Assembly (NCBI RefSeq): GCF_000017305.1
Contig: NC_009664.2
Location: 2,460,001-2,492,000, forward strand
Origin: Kineococcus radiotolerans SRS30216 = ATCC BAA-149
GTDB taxonomy: Bacteria; Actinomycetota; Actinomycetes; Actinomycetales; Kineococcaceae
DNA: 32,000 bases
Direction of reading: 5' to 3'
The notes under the pieces were generated by a model. The model saw only the letters and a program-made list of their open reading frames with translations, was not told the origin of the DNA and ran no database searches. Shown in pieces: positions 25,411 through 32,000 of this stretch. Position numbers and translations under genes: made by a program. The first letter of the stretch is position 1; each line of letters begins with the position of its first letter.

Positions 25411-26451
25411 TTGAAGATGAAAGTCAAGGCACACCATCCCCGGCCGACGCTCTTGCTGCTCGCGAATCCACGCCCGCAGCGGCTGCACCGCCGGGACGGT
25501 GAGGAGCATCTCGCGTCGTTCGGCAAGGCGAGCCGCGTCAGCGAGACCGCGGGGTGCGTCGAGGAACATGCGCGGCAGCGTAGGACCGCCGCGATCGCCG
25601 ATGCTGTTCTCGTGCGCTTCCACTTGGATACGTCGGCCACTGCCGTTGAGGCGTGGAGCGAGGCCCGGCTGCAGTTCGAGCCTCGCGGCTGGCAGGTGGA
25701 GTACCGCCAGAGTCTGAGGGAAGCAATAGCTGACCTGGATCCCCGAGCTGCACACGGGTTGCTGGCGGAGTACCTCACCCCGGATGACGTGTTCGTCGAC
25801 GTGGAGAACGTCCTGCTCTACAACGTCGGGACGGCGGTATTCGCTCCTGTCGTCGCGGTAGGGATCACCTGCCGACAGGGGCGCGCCCCCGATGACCGCC
25901 ACCACGTCAGGTACCGCGTCGTGGAGTCTCCTCTTGCGCCTGGCGGCGGGGCGTTGATCGGCCAGGTCGCAGCCGACCTCGGTACCGGGGTACCGAAGAC
26001 CGCCGGGCGGTGGTGGGCGGCACTACGCGAATCCGCCGTCACACCGCAGCCCTTCCGCCAATCCGCGGGGAGCGACGCCGCTTTCACCGTGGACGTCGTC
26101 CTGACCAGCCCCACCCCTGCACGAGTACGCCTCCCCGGGTTGCTCAAGCCGCTTCTGGATGGGTTGATCAGCTGCTTTCACGCGCATGACAGTACGAACG
26201 CGGCCCTGTTGCCGAAGCGGCTGGCGGCCCATGGCCTGCCTGAACACGCGTGGGACCTGCTGGTGGACAGCGCCACAAGCGGACTGGGGACCCGTCCCCT
26301 CGTACGCCCCTACCGCGACGGCATCGCGTGGAATCCGGCTGATGACCGGTGCGATGCCTTCCGGGTGGTTCTACAGGCAGGCTCACCGTGGTCCATCGCC
26401 GCGGAGCTGCGCGAGCACGTGCCAGAAGCAGCGGCCCCCACCCCCTGGTGA
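25411..26451 (+). CDS. Hypothetical protein (true start probably further downstream, ~25610-25700)
   Basis: From ~25700 onward it has high GC3 and protein-like sequence (DDVFVDVENVLLYNVG...LLKPLLDGLISCFHAHD...). The first ~65 aa (HHPRPTLLLLANPRPQRLHRRDGEEH) look like antisense noise. No family recognised. Confidence 0.45.
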   Translation: MKMKVKAHHPRPTLLLLANPRPQRLHRRDGEEHLASFGKASRVSETAGCVEEHARQRRTAAIADAVLVRFHLDTSATAVEAWSEARLQFEPRGWQVEYRQSLREAIADLDPRAAHGLLAEYLTPDDVFVDVENVLLYNVGTAVFAPVVAVGITCRQGRAPDDRHHVRYRVVESPLAPGGGALIGQVAADLGTGVPKTAGRWWAALRESAVTPQPFRQSAGSDAAFTVDVVLTSPTPARVRLPGLLKPLLDGLISCFHAHDSTNAALLPKRLAAHGLPEHAWDLLVDSATSGLGTRPLVRPYRDGIAWNPADDRCDAFRVVLQAGSPWSIAAELREHVPEAAAPTPW

Positions 26452-26638
26452 ACCCGTATCGCGCTGAGCGAAGTGCGCCCCAGCACATCGTTCTGGCGGT
26501 CTTGACTGCCTGCCGCTATCGGCAGTAAACGACCCTTTAGTGCCGAACCCCGTGCCAAGGGGGGCTCCGTGACCCCAGCTCCTCCACCCGAGAGCACCAA
26601 GACCACCACTCGGGTCACCCTCCAGGCTGCCCCCTCGG

Positions 26639-27289
26639 GTGCTGGCCTACCTGCGCGTCTCCACCGCCAAGCAGGCCGACTCGGGCGCCGGCCTGCAGGC
26701 CCAGCGCAGCGCCCTGCAGGCCGAGGCCGATCGACAGGGCTGGGACCTGGAGTACGTCGAAGACGCCGGCTACTCCGCCAAGGACCTCAACCGCCCCGCC
26801 CTGACCGGCGCACTGGCTCGGCTGAACGCCCGCGAGGTCGACGTGCTGCTGGTGGCGAAGCTGGCCCGTCTCTCCCGCTCCGTGCACGACCTCTCTGGAC
26901 TGGTGAAAGGGGCCACCCGGCGCGGATGGTCGGTGGTCTGCCTCGACGTCGGCGTGGACACCTCCACCCCTAACGGCAAGTTCATGGCCACCGTCACTGC
27001 CGGCATCGCCGAGCTCGAGCGGGAGCTGATCGGCCAACGCACCCGCGACGCCCTGGCCGCGAAGAAGGCCGCCGGTGTACGCCTGGGTCGGCCCCCGGTG
27101 CTCCCTGGGTCCGTGGTGCGCCGCATCGTCGAAGAGCCTGAGGCCGGCCGCTCCTGGCAGACCATCGCCGACGGCCTCACCGCCGACGGGGTGCCCACCG
27201 CCCGTGGCGGTGCCACCTGGACCTTTTCTTCGGCCCGGGCCGTCTACCGATCCCAGGCCGCCGCAGGTCTCACCGCCTCCCAGTTCTGA
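26639..27289 (+). CDS. Small serine recombinase (resolvase/invertase family)
   Basis: N-terminal catalytic motif LAYLRVSTAKQ (Ser nucleophile), VLLVAKLARLSRS, GIAELERELIGQRTRDALAAKKAAGVRLGRPP, and a C-terminal HTH (SWQTIADGLTADGVPTARGGATW). GTG 26639 is the first canonical start after the in-frame stop at 26570. Confidence 0.9.
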   Translation: MLAYLRVSTAKQADSGAGLQAQRSALQAEADRQGWDLEYVEDAGYSAKDLNRPALTGALARLNAREVDVLLVAKLARLSRSVHDLSGLVKGATRRGWSVVCLDVGVDTSTPNGKFMATVTAGIAELERELIGQRTRDALAAKKAAGVRLGRPPVLPGSVVRRIVEEPEAGRSWQTIADGLTADGVPTARGGATWTFSSARAVYRSQAAAGLTASQF

Positions 27290-27419
27290 GAGGCGCGCTT
27301 CCTGCAATACGGCGACCCACTGCTTCTGGGCGCATCAGCACACCCGATCGGAGTCTTCAGCCATCCCTACGACCACGTCGATCCCTTGGAGGCAGCAGCT
27401 TCGAGCGCAAGGGATGGTC

Positions 27420-27704
27420 ATGAGTCAGTCCGGTCCGGTCTACAGCCCCGACGGGCGTCATCTCTGGGACGGCCAGCAGTGGGTACCGATCGCCTCCTCC
27501 ACCTTCCTGCCCTCCCAGCCGACTGCCGCCGCACCTTGGTACCGCAAGCAGATCGCTAGCCCCGGCATGGTCATGATCATGCTGGTGATCGTCGTACTTC
27601 TTGGAGGGCTCATGGTCCACGCAGCCCAGGAGGAGCAGAAGTCAGAACGGCAGTCTCACTACATCTACTGCCAGACCTACGGCGAGGGGGACCTCCAGTG
27701 CTGA
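27420..27704 (+). CDS. Small single-pass membrane protein
   Basis: ATG 27420 lies 5 nt after AAGGGA (alternative start ATG 27414). The ORF-track start at 27075 overlaps the recombinase. N-terminal YSPDGRHLWDGQQWVP (DUF2510-like motif), TM helix MVMIMLVIVVLLGGLMV, and a Cys-containing tail. Confidence 0.5.
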   Translation: MSQSGPVYSPDGRHLWDGQQWVPIASSTFLPSQPTAAAPWYRKQIASPGMVMIMLVIVVLLGGLMVHAAQEEQKSERQSHYIYCQTYGEGDLQC

Positions 27705-28114
27705 CCCTGCGCCGTCTCGCCGTCCCCGTGCTCACCGCTGCCGCGCTGCTCACTCTGACCGCCTGTGGCTCTGACGCCGCGGCCACGGAAGCGACTATGG
27801 CCACCGGCGAATGGCTGGAAGGCCCCATGAACTCCAGCATGGGCTCACTCACCGCCGCCGCCGGCGCGGCCAGTGACCACTCCACTGCCACCACCTTCGT
27901 GCCGGCTGACTGCGAGGCCCTGGCCAACGCGGTCGACGACGCCCGGGCCCAGTCGCTGCCCTCCGACGCCGAGTTGGCAGGTCACTGGGGCACGTTCGTC
28001 GACCTCTTCGCCGCCATGGGCGATGCCTGCCAGGCCAACGAGCCCGCCACCTTTCTGACCCACATGCAGGAGATTTCCCTTCTGCTCGACGCATTCGAAG
28101 AGCGCATCGAGTAG
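27698..28114 (+). CDS. Predicted lipoprotein
   Basis: Signal peptide with lipobox: MLTLRRLAVPVLTAAALLTLTA-C-GSD. The GTG start overlaps the upstream stop by 7 nt. Mature part is acidic and helical. Confidence 0.65.
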   Translation: MLTLRRLAVPVLTAAALLTLTACGSDAAATEATMATGEWLEGPMNSSMGSLTAAAGAASDHSTATTFVPADCEALANAVDDARAQSLPSDAELAGHWGTFVDLFAAMGDACQANEPATFLTHMQEISLLLDAFEERIE

Positions 28115-28318
28115 CTCTAGCGGTCTTCCAGCGCTGTGATCCGACACATCCCCAGGACCGGGATGGACCACCGCGAGGTGACGCAACCACGCTGCCGCAC
28201 AACCAACGCCGTCGAAGACGGCCTGTACCCGCGCCATGTACGGGCGGTAGGCGAGCCCGTGCGAGACACCTACCTCGGGCAACACCGACGAGGCACACTG
28301 CGACCAAGGGTTGGAACC

Positions 28319-28786
28319 ATGGCTACACGCCGAGACTTCATTCTGATGAGCGAGGTGCTGCGCACGACGGCCATGCCTTCGTCGCTGCGGCTCGAACTGG
28401 CAAACGTGCTGGCGCGCGAGCTCGCTGAGCGCACGCCCCACTTCGACCCTGTCCGCTTCATCCATGAGGCCACCCGTGGCTCTCGCCCCGGCGAGCCCTT
28501 CACCATGGCGCTGCCCGACAGCCCGCTCATGGTCAGCCCCGCCGACCTGCGGTCCTCTTGGGCCGAAGACGACGATCTGACGATGGAGGAGCGCGCCTTG
28601 CTGGCGCAGGCCGCTGACCCGCTCATCCTGGCTGCGCTCGTCGCCTCGGTCGATGAGCACGGCGATGCCATCGCCAAGGTGGTCGACGACGTGATCTACG
28701 ACGCCACCAGCAACCTGATCGAGCACGTCTACAGGAAGCACAACCTAAACGCTCCAATCCGGCCTGACCGCCGCGTCGAGGCGTAG
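28319..28786 (+). CDS. Hypothetical protein
   Basis: ATG 28319 lies 8 nt after AAGGG. High GC3. MATRRDFILMSEVLRTTAMPSSLRLELANVLARELAERTPHFDPVRFIHEA... The ORF-track N-terminal extension from 28136 does not look protein-like. The long minus-strand ORF 27845-28741 is judged to be its antisense shadow. Confidence 0.45.
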   Translation: MATRRDFILMSEVLRTTAMPSSLRLELANVLARELAERTPHFDPVRFIHEATRGSRPGEPFTMALPDSPLMVSPADLRSSWAEDDDLTMEERALLAQAADPLILAALVASVDEHGDAIAKVVDDVIYDATSNLIEHVYRKHNLNAPIRPDRRVEA

Positions 28787-28844
28787 GCACTTTGCCCTCT
28801 TCGCTACGCACCTCGACCAGGTAACCGGGAAGGGGTCTCTTCAC

Positions 28845-28881
28845 GGTGAGGATGGAGCTGTACATCCTCGCTTTCCTCACC
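28845..28881. terminator. Stem-loop(s) in a convergent intergenic gap
   Basis: GAGGATG (28848-28854) pairs with CATCCTC (28863-28869). Alternatively GGTGAGGA (28845-28852) pairs with TCCTCACC (28874-28881). The site lies between the 3' ends of the 28319-28786 (+) and 29032-30090 (-) genes. Confidence 0.3.
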
Positions 28882-29031
28882 AGCTGCTGTGGGCGGTCGG
28901 TTGCCTGCGCAGCGGCTCCAGGACGGAGGGTGAACAGACTTCTCGTCTGCGTCAGTGGGCTTGCCCGGTACCGCTTGGGCGCCTGCGTACCCGCCTGATG
29001 CCAGTCCGATGACCACCACTTCCCAGGCTGG

Positions 29032-30090
29032 CTACCGGAGGTTCTCTGCTTCGGGGTCTTCCTCCGTGGTGTCCGCTTCGGCTTCCTCCCAGCACGCCAG
29101 CGACGCCGGCAGTGGCAGGCCGTACTTCTCGCACAGGAACCTCGTCCGGCAGAACCGCCGTGCGTCCTTGGCCACCTGCGTCATCACCGCTGCGCTGCCA
29201 CCAGCACTGAGGGCCATCCCCACCACGGGCACGAACTTGCTGACCTGGCTCACTGAAACGGTGGCGCTTTTGGGCCCCAACTGCTCCGCGGCCGTCTTCA
29301 TCGCCGCCAGCAGTCGGTGGTCGCTCAGCAGCTTGGCCGACCACTTCTTGCGGCCATCGATGGCCCAGTAGGCCTGCGCGGCATCCCGCATTGGGACAGC
29401 TTTGCTGGCCTGCTCAATGAAGGAGCGCCGCAGCAGATGGGTGATGAACACCCGTTCGGAGTCCGCGCCGGCGTCGAAGCCGTAGCCGTAGGCGATGCGG
29501 GTGGCCACCGATGTAGTGAGGGCCTGCACCAGCAGCAGGTCCATGGGGATCGCCGCCACCGGGCCGAAGGGCACCAGGGACAGTGCGCCCATCGCCGCGC
29601 CCTCGGCGGCACCCATGGTGCCGGCCTTCGCGGTCAGGCCGTGGTTGAGGGAGTCAACGACCTGCAGGTCGAGTTGGTGCAGGTCACGGAAGCTGGCCAC
29701 CTGGAGGCCACGGTCCTCAATGAGGCGCTGCACGCCGGCGGGGTTGTTCAGGTCCAGCATCCACTCGTTGGCCAGCTCCAGCAGGTGGGTGACCTGGCCC
29801 AGCAGCGGTGCCGCGGCCCGGTCAGTGACCGTCGTGGCGATTGTTCCGGTGAGCTGGGCCACCGGCCGGCGCACGGCGTCGGGCACGCCCTTGGCCGCGG
29901 CTGCGGCGACGCGTTGGGTGCCGTGGGCGAGCTTGGCGCCGATCTGCCATGCGGGCCTGCGGTGGCGGCGCTGGTCCCAATGAGCTTGCAGTGCGAGCCA
30001 CTCGCGGCGCTCGTAGGCACTCAGCGGTGCCGGCGGGGCAGCAGGGGAGACCGCGGCCTGCTGGTCCTGGTTCAACGACCCGTCGTCCAT
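29032..30090 (-). CDS. EcsC-family-like protein
   Basis: N-terminal LSAYERREWLALQAHW, central Gly/Ala-rich hydrophobic block GTMGAAEGAAMGALSLVPFGPVAAIPMDLLLVQAL..RIAYGYGFD, and C-terminal VPVVGMALSAGGSAAV. This matches my recollection of the EcsC (PF12787) pattern. RBS GAGAGG lies 5 nt before the ATG. Confidence 0.55.
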   Translation of the reverse strand: MDDGSLNQDQQAAVSPAAPPAPLSAYERREWLALQAHWDQRRHRRPAWQIGAKLAHGTQRVAAAAAKGVPDAVRRPVAQLTGTIATTVTDRAAAPLLGQVTHLLELANEWMLDLNNPAGVQRLIEDRGLQVASFRDLHQLDLQVVDSLNHGLTAKAGTMGAAEGAAMGALSLVPFGPVAAIPMDLLLVQALTTSVATRIAYGYGFDAGADSERVFITHLLRRSFIEQASKAVPMRDAAQAYWAIDGRKKWSAKLLSDHRLLAAMKTAAEQLGPKSATVSVSQVSKFVPVVGMALSAGGSAAVMTQVAKDARRFCRTRFLCEKYGLPLPASLACWEEAEADTTEEDPEAENLR

Positions 30091-30177
30091 GTGGCCCTCT
30101 CACTTCGCCCTCTGCAACTTTCTCGGTACTCAAGGTATGCAGATAAGGTAGGTCGCCGCTGGTGATCGGGGACTGCT

Positions 30178-30462
30178 ATGTCCCACCGACCGATCGTCGT
30201 GACCCTCGCCGGGCACCTGACCCCGCTGTTGGGGCCCTACGACCCCGCTGCCACCGACAGCCGCCAGATTGCCGTGCGGGGGCGCGTCGGGCACCTGCTC
30301 GAAGCGCGCACCGTCCGCCCGGGGCGCCGCCTCTCGACGGCGCTGCTCGATGAGGGCGGCGTCGAGGAACGGCACTTGCCGACCTCGGCGACCGGCGGCG
30401 CGGCCGGGTTCGTCGATGACGCGGTGCGCGAAGCGCTGCGTGGGCGGGTCCGCTACAGCTGA
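30178..30462 (+). CDS. Hypothetical 94-aa protein
   Basis: Very high GC3. A perfect 14-bp hairpin follows 33 nt after the stop. No family recognised. Confidence 0.45.
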   Translation: MSHRPIVVTLAGHLTPLLGPYDPAATDSRQIAVRGRVGHLLEARTVRPGRRLSTALLDEGGVEERHLPTSATGGAAGFVDDAVREALRGRVRYS

Positions 30463-30494
30463 CCCACCCGCCCGGGCTGCCGGGCGCCTGTGAC

Positions 30495-30534
30495 CACCAC
30501 CGCCCCGACCGGCTGACGCCTCGGGGCGGTGGTG
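30495..30534 (+). terminator. Strong GC-rich hairpin (intrinsic-terminator-like, no U tract)
   Basis: CACCACCGCCCCGA (30495-30508) is the exact reverse complement of TCGGGGCGGTGGTG (30521-30534). The loop is 12 nt. Confidence 0.55.
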
Positions 30535-30729
30535 CGTCGTCGCAGGTCAGGTGGGGTGCGTTAGGCCAATGGTGAAGTCAACAGAGGGGTTGTTGCCTGC
30601 TATTTCCGATTTAGGGGTGGGCCGTCCGTCGTCCTGGCCGGGATGCGAAGCGGTTACGCCGTTCGAGAAAGGAGTCGGCGCTTGCTCCGCATGACCCATG
30701 ACCACACCACCGACCGAAAGTAGGCCCCT

Positions 30730-31113
30730 GTGCTGATCGTGAAGCTGACCGTCGACGAAGTCACCGCCGACGGCATCGAACTCGACCTCGAGTCAACCCT
30801 GACCGTCACCACCAGGGACGTTTTCGCCGACGGCGTCGAGGTGCTGTGCGCTGACGTTCTGCGGCACCTCGGCGCTGGACCTGCTGAGCCGGGCGTGCTC
30901 GTCGACGACGCGGCCACCACCGCCGTCGATGTCGCCACCGCTGGCGGGCCGCTCGACACGCTCACCCCCCGCGAACTAGGGCGGCTGCGGATGACCGTCG
31001 AGAACGAGGACATCCGCGACCGACGCCGCCGCTTCGACCCCATCGCGTCCGCCGACGACCTCGCGATGGTGCTGCCGATCCTGCGGAAGCTGCTCGCCGC
31101 GCACCCCAGCTAA
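30730..31113 (+). CDS. Hypothetical acidic 127-aa protein
   Basis: High GC3. The GTG start has no RBS of its own. A strong RBS and short in-frame ORF lie immediately upstream (see findings). Confidence 0.45.
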   Translation: MLIVKLTVDEVTADGIELDLESTLTVTTRDVFADGVEVLCADVLRHLGAGPAEPGVLVDDAATTAVDVATAGGPLDTLTPRELGRLRMTVENEDIRDRRRRFDPIASADDLAMVLPILRKLLAAHPS

Positions 31114-31265
31114 AGGCGGAGCGTTGTCAACACCCTCAAGCCGAACGTGTTCGACGAGCACGCCGCCTTGGTCAGGCTCGCCGAGGCTCTGACCGGTGCG
31201 ATGGAACGGCGCGCGCTCGTGCTCGAAGCCGACGGGCAGCAGATCGCGCGGTCACCGCGAGCGGG

Positions 31266-31640
31266 ATGCACAACACGGCGGCGTGGCGCTCATCTGAGCG
31301 ATGCCCCCCTGATCGCTTTCCCATGCCGTGCCCACCCCGTGGCGTGGCGACCATCGCGCAACTCCTCGATGAGGTGCTGCCGCAGACACCGATCACGACG
31401 GTGGCCCAGCTGGTCCGGCTCACGGGCCGCTCCCCGCAGGCCGTCAAAGAGGCCGTCGACCGGCTGCACCGGGCCGGTGTTCTGGTGCAGACCACCGCGG
31501 GCCGCCGCAACCGTGCCTTCGAGGTTGACGGGCTCGTCGAGCTCATCGCCGGGTTCGAGCGGTCGCTGGCCTCACCCGTCGGCGACACCGCGGTCGAGTC
31601 ACCCGTCCGGCCCGTGCCGCGGCGCTCGCCCGACCATTGA
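31266..31640 (+). CDS. Winged-helix DNA-binding segment resembling the C-terminal wHTH of Fic-family proteins; possibly a gene remnant
   Basis: IAQLLDEVLPQTPITTVAQLVRLTGRSPQAVKEAVDRLHRAGVLVQTTAGRRNRAFEVDGLVELI matches the pattern L..L...P.vt...a..l.vs...a.....L...GiL.e.tg..RnR.f. The protein-like sequence upstream (FDEHAALVRLAEALTGAMERRALVLE) is in a different frame (31147 ORF). No Fic HPFxxGNG motif is present. Confidence 0.35.
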   Translation: MHNTAAWRSSERCPPDRFPMPCPPRGVATIAQLLDEVLPQTPITTVAQLVRLTGRSPQAVKEAVDRLHRAGVLVQTTAGRRNRAFEVDGLVELIAGFERSLASPVGDTAVESPVRPVPRRSPDH

Positions 31641-31809
31641 CATCGATCATCAGTTGATTGCGCGATCCGCGCACCGGGGCTAGCGTGCTTCGTGCGTCCT
31701 GAACGGATCGACGCGCTGCTTTCTGACCAGCACGGCGCCCAGGCAGAGCGACGGTCTCGTCCCGAGATGCGGATGAGCTGTGCGACAGAAGGTCGACGAG
31801 GAGGTCGAA

Positions 31810-32000
31810 GTGGGAGATCTGCTCATCCTCGCCGACGATCTTTCCGGCGCCGCGGAGTCAGCCGCCGCCCTGCGAGTGCGCGGTTCGCGCAGAACGGACC
31901 CGGTCCATGTTGGCTTCTGGCCCACCGACGTCCCAGCGGACGACACCGTCCTCGACCTCCACTGCCGCCACCTGAGCCCTGCCGACGCCGAGCGCCGCGT
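31810..32000 (+). CDS. Four-carbon acid sugar kinase family (DUF1537-type) protein, N-terminal fragment (runs off the window)
   Basis: GTG lies 5 nt after GAGGAGG (31798-31804). The frame is open to the window end. The N-terminus LLILADDLSGAAESAAAL matches the family pattern (v)iADDlTGA.d.a. Confidence 0.45.
   Translation, partial: MGDLLILADDLSGAAESAAALRVRGSRRTDPVHVGFWPTDVPADDTVLDLHCRHLSPADAERR

Noticed and set aside
25192-25905. 237-aa minus-strand ORF spanning the dpdB-2 3' end, the intergenic spacer and the 5' part of the next gene.
   Set aside because: It cannot be an intact gene, because it crosses an AT-rich spacer and is antisense to a well-supported CDS. Only its 25420-25569 portion looks protein-like, and that is reported as a possible gene stub instead.
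27075-27419. N-terminal extension of the small membrane protein ORF (209-aa version).
   Set aside because: It overlaps the recombinase 3' end in another frame and is Pro-rich with no structure. An internal ATG with an RBS gives a sensible 94-aa membrane protein.
1-32000. Scan for CRISPR arrays, tRNA/rRNA genes and long tandem repeats.
   Set aside because: No regularly spaced repeats, no tRNA T-arm or anticodon-arm signatures (GGTTCGA-type contexts occur only inside CDSs) and no rRNA-like segments were seen.

Overview
High-GC, actinobacterial-type window. About 25 kb of it is a Dpd-type 7-deazaguanine DNA modification/restriction island. (1) nt 2-16363 (+) is an operon of eight genes joined by overlapping stop and start codons. 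It encodes an SNF2/RapA-like helicase (5' truncated by the window edge), a RecQ-like helicase, a large P-loop ATPase, a 1493-aa DExH helicase, a single-HKD PLD nuclease and several proteins of unknown function. Order and domain content match dpdE-F-G-H-I-J-K, followed by an extra 723-aa gene. (2) nt 16562-17876 is a decayed IS3-family element with perfect 25-bp terminal inverted repeats and a 3-bp GAG target duplication. It sits in the gap between two convergent operons. (3) nt 17959-20306 (-) is a preQ0 supply operon, queC-queE-queD plus a VUT/YhhQ-type transporter. No queF or folE is present. (4) nt 20465-25329 (+) is the modification operon, divergent from queC. It runs unknown 372-aa protein, DGQHR protein, DpdA (DNA transglycosylase of the TGT superfamily, with a long basic tail), then a second DGQHR paralogue. 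To the right lie an orphan 346-aa protein, a small serine recombinase, a membrane-protein/lipoprotein pair, an EcsC-like protein, several small hypotheticals, a Fic-type wHTH remnant and the start of a four-carbon acid sugar kinase. I found no rRNA, tRNA or CRISPR array. All calls rest on motif reading and gene context, with no database search. The dpd letter names come from my memory of the Salmonella Montevideo cluster.
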